From assembly GCA_016789445.1 (NCBI GenBank), contig JAEUQT010000001.1, forward strand, positions 131,603-195,602: DNA of 64,000 nt, written 5' to 3'. A program made the translations under genes and the position numbers. Numbering within the stretch: position 1 is the first letter of the stretch; every line of letters starts with the position of its first letter. The notes below the pieces were generated by a model that saw only the letters and a list, made by a program, of their open reading frames with translations, did not search any database and was not told the DNA's origin. This DNA is from a bacterium. GTDB taxonomy: Bacteria > Patescibacteriota > Minisyncoccia > Phycocordibacterales > UBA2100. Below are positions 40,818-50,625 of the stretch, in pieces.

Positions 40818-41399
40818 TTATTTGAGCCAGTAGGTACGGAGCGTAATGTCGAATCGGTAGATCGGCTCACCCCCTGCTGCAGAAGCCGCATCAGCATCGA
40901 GCGTAAGGTTTACGACATCGACCAAACGGAGACTTCCCTCAAGGGCGGTAATGAACTCGACGAATTTCGGATACGTACCGCTGGTTGCGAATTTGAGAGT
41001 AAGCGAGTCGTAGGTCTGACGACTTGGCCCGATCGAGACCTGCTGTTCCGCACCGTTCGCACCCGCGGTGCCGGTACCCGGAGCATTGATGACGACGTTC
41101 TGCAGCGCGAATCCGTACTGGCTCGCAAGCGTATCGAGATCCAAGACCAGTCGGACGTTATCGACGTGATCCGGAAGCAGTTTGTGGAGTCGATCGACAT
41201 CCGTAGGATTGAACGCGTTATAGCGAGACAGCAACTGTTGCTTGAGACGCTGCAATTCGGCTGCTTTATTGAGCGCCTGATCATATTGGGCGATCTGGGC
41301 CTGCACGCTTCGGACACCATCGTAAGCAGGACGGGTGTAGAAGAAGAACAGTCCGCCGGCTGCTGCTAGGAAAAGGAGCGAGAAAAGTGTGCGTGTCAT
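40818..41399 (-). CDS. pilO: Type IV pilus assembly protein PilO
   Basis: N-terminal TM, coiled coil and C-terminal PilO-like fold region (YDSLTLKFATSGTYPKFVEFITALE). Confidence 0.6.
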   Translation of the reverse strand: MTRTLFSLLFLAAAGGLFFFYTRPAYDGVRSVQAQIAQYDQALNKAAELQRLKQQLLSRYNAFNPTDVDRLHKLLPDHVDNVRLVLDLDTLASQYGFALQNVVINAPGTGTAGANGAEQQVSIGPSRQTYDSLTLKFATSGTYPKFVEFITALEGSLRLVDVVNLTLDADAASAAGGEPIYRFDITLRTYWLK

Positions 41400-42130
41400 A
41401 GCTGGGGTTCAGGTTGTGCGTCTTGTGCGGGCGGCGTCTGTTGTTGTGATCCCTGCGGCTGGGCGCCGGTCATGTCCTGCGGGAGACCGAACGGCGTAGC
41501 TGGCTCTTCGGGCGCCGCCTGCTGCTGCATGCTTGCGCCCCCTGCACGCACCGAGCGGTATCGCAGGCCTTCAGGATTGATACCGGACGTAAAATCGAAA
41601 CGGACGCCCTGCGGCGTACGATTCATATTCGAGAAGATCGGACTCGTGATGACGCCGCTCTTGGACAGGAGGTCCGCTTCAAGCGCGATGGAATTCACAC
41701 TCTGCGCGACACCCTGCATGGCAAGCGTCATGTCGCTGGAGTTCTGCGCCGAGAAATCAAGGGTCGAGAACGCGACGGTCTGAAGCGTCAGCTGCTGGAG
41801 CACATTGAAAAGCGCGGACGGTGCCACGTGGATCGAAAGGACTTCATCCGCAGCGCGCATACGATCATCAAGACGCGTGAGCTCCGCGATGAGCGCCGGT
41901 TCGAATGCCGCCTTGGCACGATTGAGCTGATCGAGCTTGCTCGTCGCGGTGGTGTTCAGGAACTGCACATACAGGAAGACACCGACAGCCAGCACCGCCG
42001 ACGCGATGAAGAGAATGAGCCCCAGCAGCATGAACATGTCGAAACCGCCGCCTCCGGGTCCTTTCGATCCGGGAGTCGGTGCAGCTACAGGCGATTGCGG
42101 TATGAACGATGAGCGTATGTTTGATTCCAT
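41396..42130 (-). CDS. pilN: Type IV pilus assembly protein PilN
   Basis: Single TM after a short cytoplasmic N-terminus, periplasmic domain and Gln/Pro-rich tail; located between pilM and pilO. Confidence 0.55.
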   Translation of the reverse strand: MESNIRSSFIPQSPVAAPTPGSKGPGGGGFDMFMLLGLILFIASAVLAVGVFLYVQFLNTTATSKLDQLNRAKAAFEPALIAELTRLDDRMRAADEVLSIHVAPSALFNVLQQLTLQTVAFSTLDFSAQNSSDMTLAMQGVAQSVNSIALEADLLSKSGVITSPIFSNMNRTPQGVRFDFTSGINPEGLRYRSVRAGGASMQQQAAPEEPATPFGLPQDMTGAQPQGSQQQTPPAQDAQPEPQL

Positions 42131-42133
42131 ATC

Positions 42134-43285
42134 TTAGCCTTGTCGAAGTTCCCTTAAGGCCAGACCGACGGCTACCGCGAAACCAGGACCGATCGCCTGA
42201 AGGACCTGATCGAGGAATGCCGGTGATTCCGTACGACTGAACGGATTCGCGATTTCGACCTGCGCATGCAGGGCCTGATTCGCGAAACCAAGAAGACCGG
42301 GAAGCGATGCCCCGCCCCCGGTCAGGAGGACGTGCGATACGTCTTTATTGTATCGTTTCCCGTAGCTCAATAGTACCTTATCCGCTTCACCGAAGATCCT
42401 TTCCAGTGTGGATATGAGCGACGACTTGATGCGATCGTTCTCGTCCGTCGAATACGCAGCGGATTCCGTGAGGCCGCGCTCACGCTTCACGCGCTCGGCC
42501 TTCTCGAATTCCCACGAGAGCGATCGCGCGAGCTGCTCGGTCATCTGCTGTCCTCCCATGTTCGCGAGGTGGGTCATGCGCACGACACCGCGTTCGACGA
42601 TGTACATCTTCGTAGTCGACGCACCCAAGTCGATGACGAGGACGGGCGCAACGCCGTGCCCCAACGAGGAACGGATCGCGCTGAAGATCTCGATCTCGTA
42701 GAAATGCGTGGAAAGACCGGCACCCGTTGAGATGACCTGGTAGTTGCGGACCGTATCGTTATGGATGGCGACGAGCAGCACCTCCTGCCCTTTCGCCTGC
42801 AGCGGCGCTTTCCCTTGGATGCGATCGAACGCTTCATTCGAGCCCTCATCCGGCGGGATGATGAACCAATCGAGCATGACTTCGGAGACCTGCATCGGGA
42901 TATATTTGCGCGCCTCGATCGGAATCATCTGCTTCAGCTGTTCAGGATCGGTCTTCGGAAGATCCAGGATGGAGACGAGACTCGAGGAGAATGGAATAGA
43001 GATGCCCGCTGCCTTTGCGGTCACGTTCGCCTCCTTCATGAGATCCAGGAGCACCTGGGTGGTCTGCTCGGGAGAGAGCTTCACCACCTTACCGACGGGT
43101 TCTTTTGCGTAGGGGCCAAGCGCGATCTCACCATACGTTTCAAGAACGGCAGCGCCATGCGCGCCACGCAACTGCACGACTTTCGCAGAAGATGCGCCGA
43201 TATCCACTCCGATCACGCTCGTATCACCTTTTCCCGTGAGTGCACCGGTCAATTTCTGCGTCAAAGATCCCAGCGACAACGCCAT
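42134..43285 (-). CDS. pilM: Type IV pilus assembly ATPase-like protein PilM (actin/FtsA fold)
   Basis: VIGVDIGASSAKVVQL phosphate-1 motif and FtsA/actin-like architecture. Confidence 0.8.
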   Translation of the reverse strand: MALSLGSLTQKLTGALTGKGDTSVIGVDIGASSAKVVQLRGAHGAAVLETYGEIALGPYAKEPVGKVVKLSPEQTTQVLLDLMKEANVTAKAAGISIPFSSSLVSILDLPKTDPEQLKQMIPIEARKYIPMQVSEVMLDWFIIPPDEGSNEAFDRIQGKAPLQAKGQEVLLVAIHNDTVRNYQVISTGAGLSTHFYEIEIFSAIRSSLGHGVAPVLVIDLGASTTKMYIVERGVVRMTHLANMGGQQMTEQLARSLSWEFEKAERVKRERGLTESAAYSTDENDRIKSSLISTLERIFGEADKVLLSYGKRYNKDVSHVLLTGGGASLPGLLGFANQALHAQVEIANPFSRTESPAFLDQVLQAIGPGFAVAVGLALRELRQG

Positions 43286-43307
43286 GGGCGGAATTATATC
43301 ACTGATA

Positions 43308-43679
43308 TTAGGTGATCTTGTCTATCTTTGCGGCCAGGATGAAGTCATTTTCCGAGAGGCCGCCGATCGCGTGCGTCGAGAGCTCGATCTCCACCCTTCC
43401 CCACGAGATAAGAAGATCGGGATGATGTCCTTCTTCTTCAGCCAGCGCAGCGATCTTCGTCGCGCACGCGAATGCATCTTTGAAATTCTTGAATTTAAGC
43501 GAGCGCGATATGGTCGATGCATCCGGCCAGAGCATCCATGCGGGAGTATCTTTGAGCAGTTTCTCCGCCTCGTCTCGTGTGAGCGGAAACGCGCCCCCTT
43601 CGCACGGCACACACTTCTTAGCCGCAAGATCCACCCCGTTAGAAGCTTTGCCCCGATCTGCATCGTCCGACTGGTTCAT
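43308..43679 (-). CDS. Pterin-4-alpha-carbinolamine dehydratase
   Basis: Motif CVPCEGG ... EEGHHPDL ... G.VEIEL.TH; start trimmed to MNQSDD (ATG 43677-43679). Confidence 0.75.
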   Translation of the reverse strand: MNQSDDADRGKASNGVDLAAKKCVPCEGGAFPLTRDEAEKLLKDTPAWMLWPDASTISRSLKFKNFKDAFACATKIAALAEEEGHHPDLLISWGRVEIELSTHAIGGLSENDFILAAKIDKIT

Positions 43680-43746
43680 ATCGTTCGATACGTTACTGTT
43701 CCGACAGAGAGATGGCTTCTGACGGGGTCCATGCCACAATGCTAGC

Positions 43747-44412
43747 ATGCTCGGCCTCTTCTCCAGGGCTGCCGCATCCATCCAGACGCTGCTCGACATC
43801 GTCCTGCCGCGTAACGAGCGCGTGATCCGCGCCGACGCGTACACTCTTGAGGATATTGCGGTCAATCCGCAGGTTCACGAAGCGTCCCGCATCGCGATCA
43901 CCACACTGCTCTCCTATCGCGATACGGTGGTCGAAGACCTGATACGTGCGGTCAAATATGACGGATCCCGACATGCCGCTGGACTGCTTGCCGAGGTGCT
44001 TGCCGAATACCTTCGGGAGGAAATCGCTTCCCTGCACGCCTTCTCGACGCGATCGATCATCCTCATCCCGCTGCCTCTCCATGTACGACGCGCACAAGAG
44101 CGCGGATTCAATCAGATCGCATTCATCATGGAACAGCTCCCGGAGGAATTCCGGGACGGATCACTCGCGCGGATCGAACATGACGCACTCATGCGCATCC
44201 GTGAGACGAGACCGCAGACGCGTCTCACACGCGCCGAGCGGCTCGTCAATGTAAAAGACGCTTTCGCGGTGCGCGACATCGCGGCAGCCCTTGATTGTCA
44301 CGCCTTCGTCATCGATGACGTGACGACAACGGGGGCCACCCTCGCCGAAGCTGTGCGTCCGTTACAGGGACTCAATATACCGGTGAGTCCGCTCGCGTTA
44401 GCAAAAGCCTAG
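43747..44412 (+). CDS. comF: ComF/GntX family phosphoribosyltransferase-domain protein
   Basis: PRTase motif VIDDVTTTGATL and ComF-like N-terminal region. Confidence 0.7.
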   Translation: MLGLFSRAAASIQTLLDIVLPRNERVIRADAYTLEDIAVNPQVHEASRIAITTLLSYRDTVVEDLIRAVKYDGSRHAAGLLAEVLAEYLREEIASLHAFSTRSIILIPLPLHVRRAQERGFNQIAFIMEQLPEEFRDGSLARIEHDALMRIRETRPQTRLTRAERLVNVKDAFAVRDIAAALDCHAFVIDDVTTTGATLAEAVRPLQGLNIPVSPLALAKA

Positions 44413-44435
44413 AATTGCGGAGAGGGAGGGATTCG

Positions 44436-44582
44436 GTCACGGATAATTTTCTGCTGAAAATTTCCGCGACCCCGCCTCGTCGCCTACGCTCCTGCGACTT
44501 TCGAATCCCTCCGTTTCGCTATGCGAAACCGCCACCCTTTCGGGCGGCGCTCTCCGCAAAAAACTTGCGGGTCTCGTTTTTT
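44436..44582 (+). repeat. Family A element, copy 4 (variant), at tRNA-Ser
   Basis: GTCACGGATAAT; hairpin AATTTTC-TGCT-GAAAATT; TTTCCGCGACCCCGCCTCG; covarying hairpin GTCGC...GCGAC. Inverted tRNA-Ser 3'-half mimic TTCGAATCCCTCC[hairpins]CTCTCCGCAA. Flanked by a 21-bp direct repeat TTGCGGAGAGGGAGGGATTCG (44415-44435 and 44583-44603) equal to tRNA-Ser nt 56-76. Confidence 0.8.
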
Positions 44583-44585
44583 TTG

Positions 44586-44674
44586 CGGAGAGGGAGGGAT
44601 TCGAACCCTCGAGACAGTTTGACCCGCCTAACACGTTAGCACCGTGCCGCCTTCGACCACTCGGCCACCTCTCC
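44586..44674 (-). tRNA. tRNA-Ser (anticodon GCT), long variable arm
   Basis: Manual fold: acceptor GGAGAGG/CCTCTCC, anticodon stem GCACG/CGTGT with loop GTGCTAA, extended variable arm, T-arm GAGGGTTCGAATCCCTC. Confidence 0.8.
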
Positions 44675-44708
44675 TTCGTTCGCTACCCTACCATAAAACC
44701 GCGCCGTT

Positions 44709-45338
44709 TTATACCGCTTTCGCCCCCTCACGCGCATGCATCTCTAGTGAGAGGATGCATCCCTCGGCATCAATCTCATAGATGCGCGCCTCGGCAACAC
44801 CGATTTCCACCTGCGCGACCTCGCGGTCATCCAGATCCTCGAGATGACGCATGAGTGCTCGAAGCGAATTGCCATGCGCGACGATGAGCACATTCTTTCC
44901 CTCTTCGATGACAGGAAGTATGGAATTCACGTAGTACGGCACCACGCGATCATAGACATCCTTCAGCGATTCCCCTTCCGGAATCGGCACATCCCAGCCG
45001 CGACGCAGTCTCTGGAAGGCTTCCTCGCCGATCTCATCGCGGACTTCCCACTTGTTCTTTCCCGTGTAGGTGCCGTAATTGCGTTCATTGAGCGCTTCGT
45101 GCGCGATCGTCGGGAGGTTCGTGATACCGAGCTTCTCTTTCAGCTTACGGAGCGTCTCCGACGCGCGGCGGAGCGTAGAAGTGAACGCCGCGTGATACTC
45201 GATCTCAGGAAGCCGTTCGGCAAGGATCGCTACCTCCTCATCGGCGTGCGCGGAGAGCCCGACATCACGCCAGCCGGTCCACATACCTTTAGCGTTCCAC
45301 TCCGATCGGGCGTGGCGCACGAGAACAAGCTGCGCCAT
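44709..45338 (-). CDS. gpmA: 2,3-bisphosphoglycerate-dependent phosphoglycerate mutase / histidine phosphatase family
   Basis: LVLVRHARSEWN (RHG motif variant), ERNYG and AHGNSLRAL; 209 aa. Confidence 0.7.
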   Translation of the reverse strand: MAQLVLVRHARSEWNAKGMWTGWRDVGLSAHADEEVAILAERLPEIEYHAAFTSTLRRASETLRKLKEKLGITNLPTIAHEALNERNYGTYTGKNKWEVRDEIGEEAFQRLRRGWDVPIPEGESLKDVYDRVVPYYVNSILPVIEEGKNVLIVAHGNSLRALMRHLEDLDDREVAQVEIGVAEARIYEIDAEGCILSLEMHAREGAKAV

Positions 45339-45339
45339 G

Positions 45340-45714
45340 TTACAAGGCCTTCTGGATGAACCACGAGATAATCGAAAGCACTATCGAACCCAAGAGCGCC
45401 GGCACGAAACCCGCAATAGTGAATCCGGGCACGATCAGTGTCATCGCCCAGAACAGGAGCGCATTGAGGATGAATGAGAAAAGACCGAGCGTCACGATCG
45501 TAATCGGAAGCGCGAGAAGCTGCAGTACCGGTCGGATCACCGTGATGATCACCGACCACACGAGACTCACCAGAAGAAGCGTCGTCCACCCTCCGGCAAC
45601 CGAAATACCCGGGACGATATTGACCGTGAGATAGACCGCGACGGCGACGGCGACGAATTTAAGAAGGAAATGCATGCCGTATGCTACCGAGACTCGGTGC
45701 TCTATGCAAGACAA
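45340..45714 (-). CDS. DUF360/YvlD-like 4-TM membrane protein (holin-4 family-like)
   Basis: 124-aa, four hydrophobic helices, small-residue rich. Confidence 0.5.
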   Translation of the reverse strand: MSCIEHRVSVAYGMHFLLKFVAVAVAVYLTVNIVPGISVAGGWTTLLLVSLVWSVIITVIRPVLQLLALPITIVTLGLFSFILNALLFWAMTLIVPGFTIAGFVPALLGSIVLSIISWFIQKAL

Positions 45715-45762
45715 AAGAAAAAACCCCGCGCAACTCGGGGCCTTTTCCTGATCCTCCCTATT

Positions 45763-45885
45763 CTACTCGCTTGTCTCCTCTTCGTCTTCACCTTCTTCGA
45801 CTTCATCATCATCTACTTCCTCGGCAAGCTCGTCAATCGCTGCAGGATCAAGCACATCATCTTTCTCGTCGTCACTCATCATCAT
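45763..45885 (-). CDS. Small highly acidic protein (40 aa, MMMSDDEKDDVLDPAAIDELAEEVDDDEVEEGEDEEETSE)
   Basis: Short ORF absent from the track, followed by terminator hairpin CCCCGAGTTGCGCGGGG plus T-run (plus-strand coordinates 45716-45745). Confidence 0.25.
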   Translation of the reverse strand: MMMSDDEKDDVLDPAAIDELAEEVDDDEVEEGEDEEETSE

Positions 45886-46029
45886 AACGCCGCTGCATTT
45901 ATCACTTCTAAATTACAAACTCCGCTATCGTACCCGGGACACGCATTCGTGCAAGCCGGGATGATCGGCGCGCATGTGTATAACTCATCCTCCCCTCGCA
46001 TGCAAGCGCATCCTCGCTACAATGCGGCT

Positions 46030-48189
46030 ATGCATCCAGACGACGCACTGACAAAATCCCTTCGCCTTGCAGCGCCACAGGTGAGCGCACTGCGCCGCCT
46101 TGGAATCGTAAGCGTACGCGATCTCCTGTATCACTTCCCCTCCCGTCATGAGCGCGCAGGAGCCAGCGCGTCGACGACGCAGCTCATTCCCGGGACGAAG
46201 GTGACGCTCATCGGCCAACTCAGCAAGCTCGAAGCCAAGCGGCTCTGGAAAAGCCGTCGTCCCGCAACAGAAGGATGGTTTACCGATGCGCACGGCCGCG
46301 TGAAAGTCATGTGGTTCAACCAGCCGTACATGGCGAAGATGGCGCCGCAGGAAGTACCGGTGCGTCTCACCGGTTCTGTCGGCGGCTCTGCCGAGCGCCC
46401 TTACATCACGAATCCAGAAGTTGTCGCGGTAACTACCGAGGAGCTCGCCGCCGGTCTTTTCAAACCGGAAAACGAATCTGAAGCAAAGCTGGAAATATTT
46501 CCGATCTATCCTGAGAGCCGCGGCATATCATCGAAATGGTTTTACCACGCCCTGAAGCGGGTCTTTGAAGCAAAAGTGCACGAAACCATACAGGATCCGA
46601 TTCCGGCAGAATTACGCGAACGCTATCATCTCCCTGACCTCTCCACCGCCCTTCTCTGGATTCACCTTCCTGAAGAAGAAAAACATGCCGTCGCCGCGCG
46701 GAAGCGTTTCGCGTTCGAGGAGATATTCACGCTCCAGGTCGCGCGTGCGAAGGATAAGGCAGAGAACGCGTCACTGCCTTCGTTCCGTATCACCGACGCC
46801 CGCGAGCACGCCGCACGATTCCTGAAAGACATCCCGTTTCCGCCGACGAACGCACAGAAACGCGCGATCGAGGAGATCATCACGGATTTCGAGAAGCCGC
46901 ATCCGATGGCACGCCTCCTCGAGGGTGATGTCGGCGCCGGCAAGACGCTCGTCGCCGCGGCAACGGCATATGCCGCCGTCCATTCCCGTCCACCGGGACG
47001 CCTCTCCGGCACGCTGCAGGTCGCGTATATGGCCCCGACGGAAATCCTCGCGACGCAGCATTTCGAATCATTCATCGAGTATTTCAAAGACCTCCCTATC
47101 AACATCGCACTTGTCACCGGCTCCGGTGCCAAGAAATTCCCCTCGAAGACGGCACGCGGCGGCGCAACCGACATCTCGCGCACCCAGCTCCTGAAGTGGA
47201 TCAAGAACGGTGAGATCGCGATGCTCGTCGGGACGCATGCACTCATCCAGAAGAAAGTAGGCTTCCAACATCTCGCATATGCGATCGTCGATGAACAGCA
47301 CCGATTCGGTACGCGGCAGCGCCGCGAACTCGCGCACAAGGGTGACGCCGCACCGCACTTCCTTTCCATGACCGCGACGCCGATCCCACGTACGCTCGCC
47401 CTCACCATCTACGGTGATCTCGATCTTTCGATTCTCGATGAACTTCCACCGGGCCGCGCAAAGATCACGACGGAAATCGTGATGCCGAAGGATCGCGCGA
47501 AGGCCTACGCAAGAATCCGCGAGGAATTGGAGAAAGGTCGTCAGGCGTATGTCATTTGTCCGCGCATCAACGAACCCGATCCTCAGAAAATGAATGCCAT
47601 CCAGGCGAAGAGCGCAAAAGCAGAGGCCGAGCGATTACAGAAAGACGTGTTCCCAGATTATGAAGTGGGACTCCTTCATGGCGGTATGAAGCCTGCGGAA
47701 AAAGACAGGGCGATGACGCGATTCGAAAATGGCGAGACGCACATCCTCGTCGCAACCTCCGTCGTCGAGGTCGGTATCAACGTGCCGAACGCGACCTGCA
47801 TCCTCATCGAGGGCGCCGAACGCTTCGGCTTGGCCCAGCTCCATCAGCTGCGCGGTCGTGTCCAGCGCTCGTCACATCCCCCGTTCTGTTTTCTCTTGCC
47901 GGAGACCAAGGGCGAAGCGGCAATGAAGCGCTTGAAAGCACTCGAGAAATCGAGTGATGGATTCAAATTGGCCGAAGCGGATCTTGAGACCCGCGGCGCA
48001 GGAGATCTCTACGGCAGCCGTCAATGGGGCATGTCGGATCTGGGTATGGAAGCGCTCCAGAATGCGAAACTCATCCAAGCCGCACGCTCTGAAGCACATG
48101 ACCTTGTCGCGAAAGACCCTTCGCTCTCGCGACACCCTGCCCTTCTCGCGAAAGTCGAGAAGGCACAGGCGGCACATCATCGCGAATGA
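46030..48189 (+). CDS. recG: ATP-dependent DNA helicase RecG
   Basis: Wedge/OB N-terminal domain; helicase motifs GDVGAGKT, DEQHRFG, SMTATPIPRT, HGGM and QLRGRVQR. Start trimmed to MHPDDALTKSLRL (ATG 46030), because the 5' extension of ORF 45670 overlaps the upstream minus-strand gene. Confidence 0.85.
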   Translation: MHPDDALTKSLRLAAPQVSALRRLGIVSVRDLLYHFPSRHERAGASASTTQLIPGTKVTLIGQLSKLEAKRLWKSRRPATEGWFTDAHGRVKVMWFNQPYMAKMAPQEVPVRLTGSVGGSAERPYITNPEVVAVTTEELAAGLFKPENESEAKLEIFPIYPESRGISSKWFYHALKRVFEAKVHETIQDPIPAELRERYHLPDLSTALLWIHLPEEEKHAVAARKRFAFEEIFTLQVARAKDKAENASLPSFRITDAREHAARFLKDIPFPPTNAQKRAIEEIITDFEKPHPMARLLEGDVGAGKTLVAAATAYAAVHSRPPGRLSGTLQVAYMAPTEILATQHFESFIEYFKDLPINIALVTGSGAKKFPSKTARGGATDISRTQLLKWIKNGEIAMLVGTHALIQKKVGFQHLAYAIVDEQHRFGTRQRRELAHKGDAAPHFLSMTATPIPRTLALTIYGDLDLSILDELPPGRAKITTEIVMPKDRAKAYARIREELEKGRQAYVICPRINEPDPQKMNAIQAKSAKAEAERLQKDVFPDYEVGLLHGGMKPAEKDRAMTRFENGETHILVATSVVEVGINVPNATCILIEGAERFGLAQLHQLRGRVQRSSHPPFCFLLPETKGEAAMKRLKALEKSSDGFKLAEADLETRGAGDLYGSRQWGMSDLGMEALQNAKLIQAARSEAHDLVAKDPSLSRHPALLAKVEKAQAAHHRE

Positions 48190-49548
48190 TTACTGTACGA
48201 TCGTGATCGCTGCGGTATCGGTATTCTGCAGCGAAGCACCGCGCTTGAGCGTAATAGTGTATGAACCAGGACCCGAATACGTGTGCGTGAGATCCTTGCC
48301 GATGACCCCTGAAGAGCACGAGCCTTCCGCCTGTACGGCATGCGCCGTGCCATCACCCCAATCGAGATCGTAGCGCGAGCACGAAGAATTGATATCGAAG
48401 AGTGCACGCGCCTGCAGCGGATTGCCGTTGATGCCGCCGGAGACCGAGAACTGACCACCCGATGAGGACACAGAGCCGCCCGCATTGACCGAGACCGAGC
48501 CGACATTCACTGCCGGAGTACCACGATAAAGACGCGCGACATACGTGCCGCTGGAAGTATAGGTGTGCGGCACCGAGAAGTTCGTCGCACTGCAGCCTGC
48601 GACCGCGATATTCGCACTGGAGCCGTCACCGAAATCGATTCGATACGGACCGGAATTACACTGCGCACCCGAATTCACGAGACCCGTGAAATTGACCGTG
48701 AGCGGCGTTGCACCTGAAGTCGGCGAGCCGGTTACCGTATCAGAGGATGGATTTACCACTTCATTACCCTGCGTGACCGTGACCGTTGCCGAGACCTGGT
48801 GCGTTCCTGCACGCAACAACACCTGATACGTGCCTCCGCGCTGATACGTATGCGGGAAGGTCTGCTGGATCTCATTGCATCCGTTTTGCGGCACGGAGAC
48901 CGAAGAGCTAGGCGTGCCGTCTCCGTAATCGATGACGTAATTCATGGAACCGCAGTTGCGCGCCGTATTCACGGTCGCTTCGACCATGACATTGAGCGGT
49001 GAGACGCCGGTCGTCGGGGTGACGCGGATGAATCCGCTTACCTGCCCTGCCGTACCGCCAGTCGAGGTCGTTGCGCCGCCATCAGGACACTGCAGCGCAA
49101 GCAACGCCGCAGTACGCGGACCCGTGACGCCATATCCGGTCGTCGCCGGCGTTCCATCGCAGACGAGCTTGTTCTTGCACTGGAAGCGCTTCACCGCAGC
49201 CTCGGTAAGTGCGCCGTAATAACCGGTGACTGAGCGCTCAGGATAGACGGATGAATCCTGCGCGAGGAATTGCTGGAGACGCGTGACATCCGCACCACTA
49301 TCTCCAAGTTTAAGGACGCGACTGACGCGCGGACATGAACCCGCTGGTGCGGGCGACGTCGGCGTCGAAGTGGTAGGAGTCGTCGGCGTGCTGCCTATCT
49401 GCTGCTGTAGCTGTTGGATGCGCTGCAAGAGGCTGCTGATCTGGGCGGCAAGCTCTTCCTGCGTTGCGGCACTGACAGCGACCGGGACGAGGATCGCGCT
49501 GATAATCAGGGTCTGGATGATTCGTGACATGGGACAATTGTCCCACAC
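48190..49548 (-). CDS. Secreted protein with N-terminal coiled coil, peptidoglycan-binding (PG_binding_1-like) domain and PKD-like repeats
   Basis: Signal peptide; LKLGDSGADVTRLQQFLA...YYGALTEAAVKRFQ (PGBD); repeated Gly/Thr-rich beta-sandwich units with conserved ...DFGDGS.../...DWGDGT... motifs. Confidence 0.65.
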   Translation of the reverse strand: MWDNCPMSRIIQTLIISAILVPVAVSAATQEELAAQISSLLQRIQQLQQQIGSTPTTPTTSTPTSPAPAGSCPRVSRVLKLGDSGADVTRLQQFLAQDSSVYPERSVTGYYGALTEAAVKRFQCKNKLVCDGTPATTGYGVTGPRTAALLALQCPDGGATTSTGGTAGQVSGFIRVTPTTGVSPLNVMVEATVNTARNCGSMNYVIDYGDGTPSSSVSVPQNGCNEIQQTFPHTYQRGGTYQVLLRAGTHQVSATVTVTQGNEVVNPSSDTVTGSPTSGATPLTVNFTGLVNSGAQCNSGPYRIDFGDGSSANIAVAGCSATNFSVPHTYTSSGTYVARLYRGTPAVNVGSVSVNAGGSVSSSGGQFSVSGGINGNPLQARALFDINSSCSRYDLDWGDGTAHAVQAEGSCSSGVIGKDLTHTYSGPGSYTITLKRGASLQNTDTAAITIVQ

Positions 49549-49567
49549 CCTACCCTCGCCGCAACCG

Positions 49568-50029
49568 TCAATTCACAAGCGCCATCCTCAGAGCAGCAAT
49601 GGTCGCCTCGATGCCTTTATTCGCTTTGCCGCGCGATCGCGCCTTCGCCTGTGCGAGATTATTCGGAGTGATGACGCCAAATCCGATGGGTACGCCGGTA
49701 GTGAGCATAAGCTGGGTGAGGCCGTGCGCGACGGCGTTGGCGATGTATTCATCGTGCTTGGTCTCGCCCTTGATGATGCACCCAAGTGTGATGACGACGT
49801 CCACCTTCTTCTTGATCAGTTTCGCGCTGGCGAGCGGCAATTCGAAACTACCAGGGGCACGCATGACCGTAATGGCCTTTTCAGGAACCCTCCACTCTTT
49901 GAGCGTTGCGAGTGCCGCCTCGAACATCGAGCCGGTTATATCATCGTTGAATTCGGATATGGCTATACCAACTTTGAGGCGGGACGCGTCACCGACTGCC
50001 TGCGCCTTCGCATAGTGGGAACGTTGCAT
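49568..50029 (-). CDS. ribH: 6,7-dimethyl-8-ribityllumazine synthase
   Basis: Full-length similarity to the RibH fold (KVGIAISEFNDDIT ... VITLGCIIKGETKHDEYI ... PIGFGVIT). Confidence 0.9.
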   Translation of the reverse strand: MQRSHYAKAQAVGDASRLKVGIAISEFNDDITGSMFEAALATLKEWRVPEKAITVMRAPGSFELPLASAKLIKKKVDVVITLGCIIKGETKHDEYIANAVAHGLTQLMLTTGVPIGFGVITPNNLAQAKARSRGKANKGIEATIAALRMALVN

Positions 50030-50041
50030 CGGGACACCGTA

Positions 50042-50623
50042 TCACCTTCCCTTCAGGGTCGCTAGATGACGAGCGATCAGATCTGTTTCGATATTCACAC
50101 GGCTGCCTTTTTTGAGCGCGCCGAGTGTCGTGTGCAGGAGCGTATGTGGAATGAGGGCGACCGTGAATGAGTCCGCGGTACGCGCGGCCACGGTCAGGCT
50201 GACCCCGTTCACGGTAATCGAACCCTTCGGCGCCAGATATTTCATATGGATGCGCGGGATGCCGATGCGTATCTCTCGCGAAGTCCCGCGCACCTTGATT
50301 TCTTTCACAACACCGAGACAATCGACGTGACCTTGCACGAAGTGCCCGTCGAGCCGGTCCCCTATTTTGAGTGATCGCTCCAGGTTTACGATGCTACCCT
50401 GCGTAAAATCTGCCGCGGTCGATACGCGAAGTGTCTCGGGCATATACGTCGCGCTGAACGAGCCCTTCCCAATCCCTTCGACGGTCGTACAGATTCCATC
50501 AACTGAGATGCTCTGTCCGGGTATCAGCTTCCATCCATGCGGCTTCTCGATGCGGACCTGGAGGCTTTTCGCTTTCTCCACTGCACGGATGCGCGCCTTC
50601 GCCTCAATGATGCCCGTAAACAT
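50042..50623 (-). CDS. ribE: Riboflavin synthase (alpha chain)
   Basis: MFTGII start and two lumazine-binding repeats (GQSISVDGICTTV / GSITVNGVSLTV). Confidence 0.9.
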   Translation of the reverse strand: MFTGIIEAKARIRAVEKAKSLQVRIEKPHGWKLIPGQSISVDGICTTVEGIGKGSFSATYMPETLRVSTAADFTQGSIVNLERSLKIGDRLDGHFVQGHVDCLGVVKEIKVRGTSREIRIGIPRIHMKYLAPKGSITVNGVSLTVAARTADSFTVALIPHTLLHTTLGALKKGSRVNIETDLIARHLATLKGR

Positions 50624-50625
50624 AG

